This document shows, one piece after another, positions 30,681 to 42,007 of a DNA stretch of 53,861 nt. The notes below the pieces were generated by a model, which had not been told where the DNA came from, did not search any database, and saw nothing but the letters and a program-made list of their open reading frames with translations. Source of the DNA: Corallochytrium limacisporum Hawaii (lineage: Eukaryota; Protista; Pluriformea); assembly GCA_002811645.1 (NCBI GenBank), contig PDIP01000090.1, positions 1 through 53,861 of the forward strand, read 5' to 3'. The first letter of the stretch is position 1. Each line of letters opens with the position of its first letter. The translations under genes were made by a program, and so were the position numbers.

Positions 30681-32519
30681 CTAATCCTTTTTGAAGCCGG
30701 TAGCACCACTGACTTTGATGCTTGCGTCTCCCGGGCGCACACCATTCTGCCGCGGCAAGTACTGATTGCCGAGCAGGATCGGTGTATCTACGAAGCGGTA
30801 ACCCCCGGCAGTCAGGTACTTCCAGGTGCCAGCCAGGGCACCCAACCAGAGCACCAAATACATCATGTTGTTCATGTAGTTTTCGCTTGGCAGGATCAAG
30901 GTCAGCAAAATCATGCACGTCAGGGCCAGAAGCACAAGTGGTACTGGGCTGACAGCCGGCCGGTGCACTAGGCCCTGCAACTGCTCCTGCGAGAGATCAG
31001 CAGCCTTGGCCTTGCCTAGGAACAAATCGAGACTGTCTTGGCGGAATCCGTCCATGAAATTGTTCTTGTAGTAACGCACAGCACTGTTGTAGCCGTCGGC
31101 GAGCAGACCTGCCATCGTGCGCTTGCCAGTGCGGGTGAAGTCCGTCTTCAGTGCACCTGTCCCGGAGTAGTGCAGAGACACTGCGTCGGCATTGTCAGCC
31201 CACACGTTTTTGAAGGCATGCTCAAAGCTATCGAACGAGCTGATGCTCTGACCGCGTGCCAGGATGCCAATCTCGACAAAGGTCGTCTCCAGCATAATGC
31301 GTGCAATCATGGACTGTACGACGTTGGTGCGATCCAGGCAATCCATGCAGTTTGTGCGCACAGTGCCGTCCTGTGTGCGCTTGATCTCCCCGTTCGGTGC
31401 CCTCAGGTAGAACCCGTGCTTTTGCATGTCTGGTAGGACGCGATCCATGAGAATGCTCAAGCGATCCCAACGCATTTTGGAGCATTCCTTGTGGAAATCA
31501 AAGGCTTCGTAGCGGATAGGCAGGTCACTGTTGCGCTCACACTCTGCGCGAAAGTTGTCTCCAAGGTTCTTCTCGGCCCCCTTCTGGTCGATCAGATCAA
31601 CTAGGACCTGTGGTCCGTACGATGCACACAAATCCTCAAAATGCTGCCGGAATGGTCCCTGGGGATCCACACCGCTCTCAATCATTACTTTCGGCTTGTA
31701 CTTAATGTTGGCATACTGGTTCCAGTAGAGTGGAATGCTGCCTCGGATCTGCACAAAGGAGGATTCCCAGCCCTCCGTGAAGATGACCTGCTCAGTCTCC
31801 GCAAAGTTTGCAACGTTACCCATGTCATCAATACCACGGACATTGTAACGAGTGCCCGTGCGTTCGCAACCACGGCGTGTCATAAGCAAAAAGTCAAATT
31901 CCCGACCGGCGACCTTCATGACTCGATGTTCAAAGAACCCATGTACCAAAGGAAGGCAAAACTGGGCGCATTCCGGCTTGTCCAGAAGACTACCCAGCAT
32001 TGGACGGTTCCAGAAGAAGTGTGGATTCGCCCTTGCGGACAGACCCTCGCCCGTGAGCTTACCGCTGTCGATTACCTGCAGACGCTGAGTGAGATCATAG
32101 TCATAGCTAAAATGGAATCCACCATTGTCAAGAGTGGCCTGCAGAAGCTGCAGTAGAGCTTCATGTTGCAACTTTGTGGTGTTGTCCATGACGGTGTTAC
32201 TGAATGGGATCACACGGAAGCGAGTCGCGCGGTAGACGGGGGCACTGCGGACCCGGAACAGCAATTCCTTGCCGGTGATTACAATCAGTTGCTTGCCGGT
32301 CGGAAAATCAATCACACCGACCAGACCGGAACACGTCTCTTGCTCAACCATTGCCGGGTCGAAGGTCACCGGACCAGGCTGCAGACGAACTTCCTCCAAT
32401 GCGGAACCAGTGCGATCGAATTCTAGACAGTAAGCACGGTTCCCTCCGGCTGCCATGGGCTCCAGTACAATCTTCTCCGGCATAACATACAGCCGGAGAT
32501 TATGGTGACTGGCCGTCAT
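30681..32519 (-). CDS. SAC1: Phosphatidylinositol-4-phosphate phosphatase SAC1
   Basis: FSYDYDLT, FFWNR, RTGTRYNVRGID..GNVANFAETEQ, RGSIPLYWNQ, FDFHKEC, catalytic RTNCMDCLDRTNVVQ, two C-terminal TM segments, terminal FKKD. First ATG at 32519. Confidence 0.97.
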   Translation of the reverse strand: MTASHHNLRLYVMPEKIVLEPMAAGGNRAYCLEFDRTGSALEEVRLQPGPVTFDPAMVEQETCSGLVGVIDFPTGKQLIVITGKELLFRVRSAPVYRATRFRVIPFSNTVMDNTTKLQHEALLQLLQATLDNGGFHFSYDYDLTQRLQVIDSGKLTGEGLSARANPHFFWNRPMLGSLLDKPECAQFCLPLVHGFFEHRVMKVAGREFDFLLMTRRGCERTGTRYNVRGIDDMGNVANFAETEQVIFTEGWESSFVQIRGSIPLYWNQYANIKYKPKVMIESGVDPQGPFRQHFEDLCASYGPQVLVDLIDQKGAEKNLGDNFRAECERNSDLPIRYEAFDFHKECSKMRWDRLSILMDRVLPDMQKHGFYLRAPNGEIKRTQDGTVRTNCMDCLDRTNVVQSMIARIMLETTFVEIGILARGQSISSFDSFEHAFKNVWADNADAVSLHYSGTGALKTDFTRTGKRTMAGLLADGYNSAVRYYKNNFMDGFRQDSLDLFLGKAKAADLSQEQLQGLVHRPAVSPVPLVLLALTCMILLTLILPSENYMNNMMYLVLWLGALAGTWKYLTAGGYRFVDTPILLGNQYLPRQNGVRPGDASIKVSGATGFKKD

Positions 32520-32699
32520 ATTTGAAGAATTTATATACTGCTTCGTCCCTCTTTCTAACACCTCTAGCACTTGTTCATCATTTCCTATACATATCCATAT
32601 GATCTTTAGACCCCGTACACGTGGAGTGAAACACTAGACATCACAAATACCAGGATATATCACGGCCATGGTTAATCACAACCAGTCCCTTCTTCCACA

Positions 32700-35600
32700 G
32701 GTTACTGCACCGGCTCTGCCCTGTCGGCCCTCGTCTCCGCGGACGTGTGGTTTCGCTGTGTTGCGTTGGCGGGTCTCTCTCTCTCTCTCTTTCTCTCCCC
32801 CTCGCACACACACACTCTCTCTCTCTCTCTTGGCCCAACCAACGAGCACCGCCCCAAAAAAAGGGAAAACACAAAGGAAGAGAAAGGCGAGGAAGCCAAG
32901 CACGGCACAGTTGGAGGGGGGGGGGGGCAAAACCGCTCTCTCTCCCTCTCTCTCTCTCTCTGTGAGTTCAAACTCTAGCTCTCCCGGTTTTCTCAAGTCC
33001 GTCGGTTTTATTTTGTTTTCCGGGCGAGGCTCCACCGGGCCCGGGGAGTTTGATTTGTTTTCTTCACACATCCGGCCCCGCGCCGCTGCTATATACGCGC
33101 ACGGGCTTTTTCTCTAACGTTTCTTAGTTTCTTAGTCTGCTGGCCACCCCCCCGGGGGGGGGGATCGGTTATGATTTTTCTTCCCTATTTTTCGTTTTCT
33201 TTTTTTGATCTATAGACTCCACCTTTTTTTTTGCCTCTTTGGCCTTGCAATATTTCCCTCGAGTCGTATCACTGACTTTGGGGGCTCTTTGTTTTATTAT
33301 TAAATCACGGAAAGGCGCTAAAAGAACTTGGCCACCGCGAAAAAAAAAAAAAATGGCAGAAATAATGGATCCCCCTTCTCACCGCTTGAACCATGGGCGC
33401 GCGTTCAAAATTCATTTCATCCTCTGATGATAATTACATTAATCCGTATATAAATATAGCAACATGCCAATGGGGTATGGAATATATTGTACTGTAGCTG
33501 CTCACTGGCACTTGGAGGAGCGCCACGTCCCAACGGGCACAGCCCCCTTACCCGTACTCAATGTACACACGGATCCTCTTTATATATCCGGATCTTCTCA
33601 ACCTTGGAGCACATTTCGTTCACCTACTCCGGCCCTTGTCCCCTCATCGCTCCGAGTGCCAGGCACAACAGGAAGCCTGGCTTTTACCACAATCAGTGGG
33701 GTAAAAGCCAGTTACCATATATTACAAGTGGAACTACCAGAGTGCGACAACCCGTCCTGATGGGCAAGCAAAAAGTCGAGATGGGAGACACAGTTAAACA
33801 AGAATGTGGAGAGAGGAGGCACCCTGAGTGTATGCTCGTCCAACTACATGTGGTTTACTATTGCAACATGCTATCAGTTAATTTTTCTTGTCGTTTTGCT
33901 CTGCTCGTAAGTGAGCATGCGGAGATGAGAGGCAGGCCACACGCAACTGAAGGGGCACCGGACGGAATGTGAAGAGATTTTGGCGGTTGGTAGAAAGGGA
34001 AAGCCGGAGCGTATTTCGATAAGAAAAAACTTTAGCGCAGTGTGTTTTCCGGTGCACCCTAGCGCCACGAAATAGAGATCGCTCAGACAACCTTCATCTT
34101 TCTCCATTTCTCATTCTGATAACAAACATATAATGCTGACAAAAGCGGGGAAAGATTTACTACGGCCTGGCAGGGGGAAATTCCGACCATTGGTCCATGG
34201 AAATGTCACGGGTTTTCGTTTTTGGTTCGGCTTTGCCTGCCCTTTCTGGAGGCATTTAGTTTCTTGGCTAGCACCTTCGCTATGCTAAGCCCGCACACCA
34301 ACTTGTGCCCATGCACCCGTTCATGCCCCCACAGCGCAAGCAGCACATCAATTTTCCTGGTATCGATTGGCAGGTGCTCATGGATGATGATGACAACCAG
34401 AGTATTTCGACAACAGTTTGTTGTGGGTCGCACCCTGGGGCCCCGGGGGAAGGGGGGGGGAGGAGTTAGGGTCCGACTGGGACGGGACCCATGTTTTATC
34501 GAGTGTCTGTTGCGCAGCAGTGGAAGGTGGTCGAGGCGGCACAAACTGAGCGGCCCGTGAAAAAAAAAAATTATGTAATAAAAACAGAAAGAATCACATT
34601 GAACCGCGTAGGCGCATCTCAACTTTTCATTCCTTTTCCGTCCCGTCTGTGGAATATCGGGAAAGCCACCGGAGTGGGTCCCCGTGCTGTCCATCAGCCG
34701 CGACATCTCTTATGTGGCTACCGCGCTGGATGGGATAATGTCGTGTCGGGATGTCGGCCCCTGTCCAGGCCCAGGTACAACCCCTGCCCCGCGGGGGAGG
34801 AAGGTGGGTGGTTCAGTCGGTCGTCGGCCCGCGCGCGGTGTTTGCATCATCGCGCACCCGCGAAAGCACCCGCCCGCACCAGACGGACACAGCAAAGCAG
34901 CAAAGGCAGCAGAAGGCCCCCCCCCCGGGGGGTTGGGGGTTGGGGGGCCGTCCCCCGAACGGAAAAAAAAAACTAAACAACCAAAAATCAAAAAGAAGAG
35001 AAAGCCCAACAAAAGGCTGAGTAAAGAAAAATTCTTTTGTTCATTATCGTCATGTTGATACACCGTTCGAACTCATGTGTGACAACAAAAACTTGGTGGG
35101 GAGGTGACGGCCGGCCCACCACACCTCCCGACAACGCCTCCTCCTCTCCTCTCCCCTCCGAGATTCTTTCGATTCGTCGATGTAATTCTGACTCTCCGAT
35201 CGTAAAAAGTGGGAGCAACCATTGAATACATTGGTAGCCTGCCCGTAATTTCGCATTTTCTGCTCTCTCTCTCTGTGGTGGGGTGGTGGAAAAACTCTGG
35301 TCCGTTCCGGATCGCCCCCCTGGCTCTCGCCCTAGCCTTTCCTATGCCCCGGGAGCCGACCGGGAAACTACATCATTTCATACCCCGCCGGACCCCGATA
35401 CCCTCGTCCTCCACAGTTCTTTCGCAGTTGCAGCAGTTAATGCGGGAAGAACGGGCGACCACCACCACCCCGAACCCCTTCCCCAGGAACCGAAGTGGGT
35501 TCCCTGGTTGAACGGTGTTAGCAGGAGGGGGGGGGGGCGGCCGGTATGTTTCGTTAATCTGCCGAACGGCCTCCTCCCTCTTCTCTGGAGTTGGAAAGGA

Positions 35601-35890
35601 AGGGGGTGGCGGGGGCCATTCTTTTTTTTTCCATCTCTCTCTCTCCATTCCTTTCTTTTCCTTCTTACGGGCGGATGGAGGGGGGGGTGGGTAGAGAGTG
35701 GAATTGGGGAAGGGGGGGTTGTTGCCTTTGTTGTCCCCCCCTTCTTCTCCCTGGACAACTTTTGCGCTCTCTTCTGTGGATTTGGAGTCCAGTTACTGGA
35801 AAACCGAGGGCATTCGAGCGGCTCCGGTATGCCAGGAGTCACTGGGTGGCTCGCCCTGCTTACCAAGAAACAGGGACGCAGGCCGTAACA
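32700..35890. promoter_or_regulatory. Low-complexity G/C-tract islands in the SAC1/IP3K divergent intergenic region (putative promoters)
   Basis: Homopolymer G, C, A, T runs and (CT)n at ~32700-33360 and ~34430-35890, upstream of both ATGs. Function is inferred from position only. Confidence 0.4.
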
Positions 35891-36119
35891 ACTGACATCA
35901 CTTGCATACACAAATTATTGGTGTGTCCTTGAAACCAGCACCATTGATAGGCAATTCCTACTGTTGTGAAACTGGTATTTGGATCCGCTCATACCAGGCG
36001 TTTTGTAACATTCTCCACAATCTTGCGAGTGTGTTTAGCACTGTGGGGTGCATGCGTCCAACAACAGATGAATTTAGCACGCAGTCACTGCTACTCGATT
36101 CAATAGAACACAATAAATT

Positions 36120-38219
36120 ATGGGCAATTGCCTCAGCTCAAAGGCCAAGGAAGGCAAGCGGGATGAGGACCTCGCGGGTAGCGATCCACCCGCTGCCCCT
36201 GCTGCGGTCAAGGGTGAAACCAGCGGTGAGCACCAAGAGGACAAGCAGGAAGTCCCTCCTGTGACTGATAAGCCCACAGAGACCCCTGCACAGGATTCGG
36301 TTCCGAAGCCGACTGCCGACACCGACAAGGAAGAGAAAGCGAAGGGTGCCGAACTGCCCGATGTGGCCACACCGCCACCACCCGCATTACCTGACCTATC
36401 AACACACCCCATTCTGCGCCAGACAGATACTGACAAGGTCAAGGCCGCAGAAAAGGCTGAAGAAGAAGCACACACTGCCATGGTTGATGCAGAAACGAAG
36501 TTGAAGGATGCACAGGCGAGGGCAAAGGACCTCAAGAGCGAGGCTGCTGTACAGGAGAAAGAGGCCGCCCAGTCAAACTATGATGAGAAGGTCAAACAAG
36601 CGTCGGGCGCCAAGGATGCCCTTGACACTGCAAAGAAGGAAGCAGAGGAGCACGCCAAGGCAGACGAGGAGAAGATCCATTCGGGAAAGCTGATCGACCC
36701 TGAGATCAGTGCGGAGGCGGAGGCTGCCATTGCCGCTGTCCCGGTCTCTAAACACAGCCCAGACACCGTGGGAGGAGAACCTCTGCGCCAAAGCATTGAA
36801 GAGGTGCGCAATGCCGCCCAGGGCAAGAAACCAACGGCTGATGATCCGGCTGTCAACGACTCCAACACATCACTGCCAACGGATACCGAAAATTCGGAAG
36901 CAAAGGGATTGGGAAATAACAAAGTGCCTGACCAAGCCAAGGGTGCAGCAATCGCTGGTGCGGCCGCGGTAGCCGGTGCCGCAACTGCTGCCGCGGTGAA
37001 GACAGGAACGTCCGAGGATCAAGCCAAGGATGTGGAGTCCAAGGTCGCCAAGGCCGCTAAGAACGGCAGCGATGCTGGCCTTGCCAATGGCGCCACCGTG
37101 ACCTCCGAAGAAGATGACGACGACGATGTCAGCGATGACGGCACCGACCAGCTAGTTCTGAAGCAATCAAAGAAGAAAGCTGGTACTGATAGCGTCACTG
37201 CACTGAAGGGTATGCTCCAGGATGCTGCCACAGATGGTGATCAGGATTCCCAAAAGCATGCCAAGGTGCTTGTGGCGGAAGACTCTAAGGATGGTGCCAA
37301 GGAAGTAACTCGCATGAGTGCTGAGAAACGGGCACGCGCACGGTCCCACTGGCTCAAATCAAAGGCTGCTGCCAAGATGTTTGTAGTCAACAACAAGAAC
37401 TGGACACAAATTGCGGGCCATGACGGTGCCTTTGTGAAAGGTAGCGACAAGACCATTTTCAAGGAGTCCACTGCCATTGAACGCAACTGTTTTGACAGTT
37501 TGCTGAAGGTCAAGGACGACCCAATCTGGAAGTTCTTGCCTGAGTTCCATGGTGAGGTACATAAGGGTGAGGTTGCCTATCTCGAACTTGAGGATTTGGT
37601 AAGCCCTCTGAAGGAACCTTGCGTACTGGACGTCAAGATGGGCACCCGGACCTTCCTGGAAAAGGAAGTACAGAACACAAAACTGCGGATGGATCTGCTG
37701 CAGAAGATGTTGGACGTGAACCCAGACTACCCCACGGAAGAAGAGAAAAAGACTGGCGTGACTAAGATGCGGTACATGCAGTTCCGTGAGGAAATGAGCT
37801 CAAGTGCCAGTGAAGGCTTCCGCATGGAGGGCTTCCGTGTCCACGGCGAGGAAGGCCACGCCAAGGCGAAGCGAATGCGCGAGCGGCCCGAGATCCAAGG
37901 CCAGCTCTGGGAGTTTTGTGTAAAGAACAAGGACATCGTCAGCAGCTACCTCAAGCAATTGGAAGAGATCCACACCACCTTGCAAGCCAGCCAATGGTTC
38001 AAAGAACACTCTGTGGTGGGATCGTCGTTGCTATTTGTACACGAGAAGGACGGTAGTGCCGCACGGGTGAGCTTCATTGATTTGGGTAAGACCCTGCCGG
38101 CCGACCACGAGATCAACCACAGAAAGGCTTGGGAGCCTGGCAACGCTGAAGATGGCTACTTCACTGGCCTTGACAACCTGATTGAGAACTTTGAGGAAGT
38201 CTTAAAGCACCATGATTAG
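36120..38219 (+). CDS. Inositol 1,4,5-trisphosphate 3-kinase (ITPK-type) with long disordered, putatively acylated N-terminus
   Basis: WTQIAGHDGAF, PCVLDVKMGTRTF (PxxxDxKxG), IP-lobe RMDLLQKM..PTEEE..VTKMRYMQFRE, GSSLLFVH, IDLGKT, EDGY..GLDNL. Starts MGNCLSS. Confidence 0.92.
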   Translation: MGNCLSSKAKEGKRDEDLAGSDPPAAPAAVKGETSGEHQEDKQEVPPVTDKPTETPAQDSVPKPTADTDKEEKAKGAELPDVATPPPPALPDLSTHPILRQTDTDKVKAAEKAEEEAHTAMVDAETKLKDAQARAKDLKSEAAVQEKEAAQSNYDEKVKQASGAKDALDTAKKEAEEHAKADEEKIHSGKLIDPEISAEAEAAIAAVPVSKHSPDTVGGEPLRQSIEEVRNAAQGKKPTADDPAVNDSNTSLPTDTENSEAKGLGNNKVPDQAKGAAIAGAAAVAGAATAAAVKTGTSEDQAKDVESKVAKAAKNGSDAGLANGATVTSEEDDDDDVSDDGTDQLVLKQSKKKAGTDSVTALKGMLQDAATDGDQDSQKHAKVLVAEDSKDGAKEVTRMSAEKRARARSHWLKSKAAAKMFVVNNKNWTQIAGHDGAFVKGSDKTIFKESTAIERNCFDSLLKVKDDPIWKFLPEFHGEVHKGEVAYLELEDLVSPLKEPCVLDVKMGTRTFLEKEVQNTKLRMDLLQKMLDVNPDYPTEEEKKTGVTKMRYMQFREEMSSSASEGFRMEGFRVHGEEGHAKAKRMRERPEIQGQLWEFCVKNKDIVSSYLKQLEEIHTTLQASQWFKEHSVVGSSLLFVHEKDGSAARVSFIDLGKTLPADHEINHRKAWEPGNAEDGYFTGLDNLIENFEEVLKHHD

Positions 38220-38298
38220 CATTTGTACAAATATATGTGTATGAAAACGTAACTTTATAGGCTCTACTGTATGACTGCGTCGGAGAAACACTTTTATC

Positions 38299-38475
38299 CT
38301 AGTGGTCTGAACCCTGTCGTGTCACAAGCGCCGCCAGCAGCGCATCTACCCTACTTTGGGTCTGTTGCATTTCCGCAATGCGAACCTGATTTGCTCTCAA
38401 TTCCTCCATCTCCCGCTGGAGTTCTGCCAGCGCTTCGCTAAGCTCTTGACTTGCCGATGTCGGGTTCTCTACCAT
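38299..38475 (-). CDS. Small coiled-coil protein, 58 aa (below the ORF-track cut-off)
   Basis: Hand-translated MVENPTSASQELSEALAELQREMEELRANQVRIAEMQQTQSRVDALLAALVTRQGSDH*. agcATGg context, heptad pattern, convergent with the IP3K gene at 79 bp, GC island upstream. Confidence 0.6.
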   Translation of the reverse strand: MVENPTSASQELSEALAELQREMEELRANQVRIAEMQQTQSRVDALLAALVTRQGSDH

Positions 38476-38629
38476 GCTCCTGATATGCGAACTACATTCT
38501 CTCTCAAAAGTATTTCCGTAGTCCAGTTTGTGCGAAAGATCCTGCTATCTGGTTGAATCCTGACCATGTACGAAGCTTGTCCATTTAAAGCCAAAATACT
38601 TGAATACCATCCTGGCTATTCTTCCTCAA

Positions 38630-38830
38630 TGATATTGTTTTGGGTGGGTCTCTACCGGGGTCTCAATTGAAAACGACCCCCACCCCTTCCAGGCCTGGGT
38701 TTGGGGCGCAAAACACAGTTTTTTTCGCGCCCTATCCGTCCCCACCTTCATTTTGCACTCTCCCCTCTGAACGGTTTCTCCAGTTAAAGGCTGCGGGTCG
38801 TGGTTCCCCGTCCCGGCTTGTTGCACCCGC
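38630..38830. promoter_or_regulatory. GC island between the divergent 58-aa ORF and UBR7 (putative bidirectional promoter)
   Basis: C/G/T tracts confined to the space between two divergent ATGs. Confidence 0.35.
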
Positions 38831-39056
38831 TCCTTGGTGTCAGAACAGGCTGGTCGACTACTTCAGAAGAACGCACAGGGCGTCTCTGTCTCTAGTCAAC
38901 GAAGGACAGTTGTACTCGAGTTACGGAAAGCAACGTGCCGCCACGAAGATGTTTAACTCGGAAATATGAGAACCTGTGTATAGTGGAAATCATAGCCGAG
39001 CATGTAACGAGTAAACCACAACCGGTAACCCTCAAGAATTCCAATAGTTTCACACA

Positions 39057-40205
39057 ATGAGCAGCAGCCCAAAGAACGAGATCGATGGACCAACCGCACA
39101 GAGCCCAGCTGAGCAAGAGGTGAATAATACATTCACAGCCGAGGACTTGCTGCGGCACCAGGAGCACCAGGACCGTACCGAAGGGTGGCGCATACGCGCA
39201 TCTTCGAAATGCACGTTTCGCCAAGGATATGTAAAGCAGCCCGTGTACGCGTGCCTAACCTGTGAGGAGGACAACAAGACAACGGATGGTGAACCAGTTG
39301 GAGTGTGTCAGGGGTGTGCGAACCACTGTCACAAGGGCCACAGCCTGGAGGAAGTATACCACAAGCGTCAATTCTGCTGTGACTGCGGTACCAAGCGCCA
39401 CGGTGGCTCCTGTCAACTCAACGCCAAGGACGCGGATGTCATCAATGTCAAGAATCGCTATGGACAGAACTTTGAAGGCAAGTACTGCTGGTGCCACAGT
39501 CCTTACGATGAGGTTACTGCTGAGGATGTCATGACCCAGTGCTATTTGTGTGAGGATTGGTTCCACCACGCCTGCATTGGCGAGCGGGCATCAAAACTTC
39601 TCGTGCAACTGCTTGATGAGAGCGAGAATAAGGACAAGGAGGAAGATCGTGAGTATACTCTGATGGTTTGCGCATCCTGCACACGGGAACACGAGTCCTT
39701 GCTAGGCTATCTCACTGGGAAGAAGCACATTCGGCATAAGGATGGCACATACCCTCCCGCTGAGGACCTCAAGCCCATGACCACAGGTAGCACCACCCGA
39801 ATCTTTCCATTGGACCCGAAGCCGGACCAATGCTTGCTTCTCGGTGGTGAGTGGGAAGACAATCTGTGTAGTTGCAACGGCTGCAAGCAAGAGCTGGAAA
39901 ATCGGAACATGCTCTGGCTTCGCGATGGAGACGACCTCGAGGAAGACGCTGACGGCCAAAATGGTGCTGGTGGACCCGGTTCGGTGTCGGACACTGGCAG
40001 TGTCCACGATGCGGCAGTAAATGCCCTTGGCCAGCTAGACTACAACACACAGTATGCCCTAGTCAATTCCTACAACGCCATGAAGGAGAGCCTGAAGCGG
40101 GGCTTCCAGGAGATTCTCAGCCAGGGTCGGAACGTCGTTACTGAGGACGATGTCCATCAAATGTTTGAGGGACTGAAGGGCAACAAGCAACCTCGCCATG
40201 CCTAG
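39057..40205 (+). CDS. UBR7: UBR-box/PHD protein UBR7 (Mlo2-like)
   Basis: CTFRQGYVKQPVYACLTC, GVCQGCANHCHKGHSLEEVYHKRQFCCDCG, NRYGQNFEGKYCWC, QCYLCEDWFHHAC, LCSCNGC, VVTEDDVHQMFE. Confidence 0.95.
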   Translation: MSSSPKNEIDGPTAQSPAEQEVNNTFTAEDLLRHQEHQDRTEGWRIRASSKCTFRQGYVKQPVYACLTCEEDNKTTDGEPVGVCQGCANHCHKGHSLEEVYHKRQFCCDCGTKRHGGSCQLNAKDADVINVKNRYGQNFEGKYCWCHSPYDEVTAEDVMTQCYLCEDWFHHACIGERASKLLVQLLDESENKDKEEDREYTLMVCASCTREHESLLGYLTGKKHIRHKDGTYPPAEDLKPMTTGSTTRIFPLDPKPDQCLLLGGEWEDNLCSCNGCKQELENRNMLWLRDGDDLEEDADGQNGAGGPGSVSDTGSVHDAAVNALGQLDYNTQYALVNSYNAMKESLKRGFQEILSQGRNVVTEDDVHQMFEGLKGNKQPRHA

Positions 40206-40830
40206 TTCAGGTATTAAATTAGCAACACTAATAGATTAAGCAATCAAGAACAATGTCCGCTATCATGCCATCATTGGCCTTGTTCTTTCCGTTGCTGCTG
40301 CTGTACACGAATCCATGTTCCCGATCCCAGAGCCGCCAACTTACGCACTAAGGGGGGGACACACGGGACGGTCCCCCCCCCTCACCACATGTGTCGCTGG
40401 GAATTTGTTCTTGCCTTCTGCGTTGTGGCCCCTTTTCCCGAAGTGTCGGGAACAACGAGGCCATAAATTTTCTCTCTTCCTATCTCGCTCTATTTTTGTG
40501 CTTTGGTTCTGTTCCTTTCTTTTCTTTTTTTTTGCCGCCAAAGGAGAGCGAAGAGCAAGGGAGGATAAAAAGTCACTATCGCACCAAAAAAAGGAACCGC
40601 GACAAGATCAAAAAAAAAATGAAGAAGAAAACCACTAAGAAGTGACCGAGGCCCCCGGGGGTTATTCTTTTTCCTCTGTGTGTGTGTGTGTGTTCGACCC
40701 CGGTGAAGCCGCCCTCCAACCCCCCCTCAGCGCCCGCACAGAAAGCCCGGGAACCAAAAATACCAACGACCTTCGAAAGTAAAGGTGGTCTAAGTGGAAG
40801 GTCGCAGACGGACACTTGCGGGGTACCCCC

Positions 40831-41315
40831 NNNNNNNNNNNNNNNNNNNNNNNNNNNNNNNNNNNNNNNNNNNNNNNNNNNNNNGGGGGGGGGGGTGATG
40901 TGTGGCCCCGGACTATGGAGCGCAGCAAAGGCGGATGCACGGTCGCAGCAGCAGGCAAATGGGGCGGGAGGAGTCTGCGCTGGGGATGGATATGCTGGTT
41001 CTCAGTCCCAGTACACAGAAACTGAAGGTGCTGGCTCATTGTGTGTGTACGCGTTAAATGGTGTGCGCCTGTGTGCGAGTGTGTGTGTGGTGTTGTTCTT
41101 AAGGGCAGGGAACGGGCAAGGGCGCAGGAGAGGGGGGGGGGTTGGGAAAGAAACGAGGGGNNNNNNNNNNNNNNNNNNNNNNNNNNNNNNNNNNNNNNNN
41201 NNNNNNNNNNNNNNNNNNNNNNNNNNNNNNNNNNNNNNNNNNNNNNNNNNNNNNNNNNNNNNNNNNNNNNNNNNNNNNNNNNNNNNNNNNNNNNNNNNNN
41301 NNNNNNNNNNNNNNN
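40831..41315. other. Two assembly gaps (40831-40884, 41161-41315) inside a G-tract island upstream of BRE1
   Basis: N runs bordered by poly-G or poly-C. Confidence 0.95.
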
Positions 41316-42007
41316 GAGGGGGTGGGGGGGGGGAGGTGAGGTGGCTGGCCATTTGCGCTCCATCGTTTCCCGCAGAGAGTGTGCAGTGTGGAGTAGTTTG
41401 TTTCTTCGTGAGACTTTTCTTTGTTGGTTTCAGAGAGTCATTGTAATTTTTATTGCAAGACATCGATGTTTTTGTTTTTAATACCCAAATTTTCTGGGGC
41501 CGCGGGCAAAGTCAGAATGATGAATAGTTTTGCATAAACACAAGCGTGGTCTAGTGATCACATGCTGTGAAAGATATTTCACACCGCATGCTCTTTGATC
41601 GTGTGCAGCAAGTGGAGCAAGTAGCAGGAGTTTATGAAGGACATTCTGTCTCGCCTCGCGTGCAGTCTGTTTCATTACATGTTCGACAAACATTCCATCC
41701 GTTCCCATTCGGAGTCTTTGAAAGCGACGTGGCTAAAGGTATTCCTTTGAATCAACCGCTTGCATACACCCAAACCGTCGTGTGTTGCACATTTATTCAG
41801 GAAGTCAGAAACATATTATGCCAAACTTTGAAGACTTTGTCATGGCGGTGGCCATTGACTGAATAAGGATATAGTCATAGTTTTTCTCTATATTTGTTTG
41901 CATTCCTTGCAAATTTGAGAAAAAAGGAACCATAACACACTACACATAAGAGGGTCTCAACTCACACTCTTGTAGACACAACAATCAACATTCCGTCCAC
42001 CACAATA

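Noticed and set aside
32641-35932. Numerous 60-200 aa ORFs in the islands (also 40315-41481, 45597-46976, 51519-53669)
   Set aside because: They are translations of homopolymers, microsatellites or N runs, with low-complexity products.
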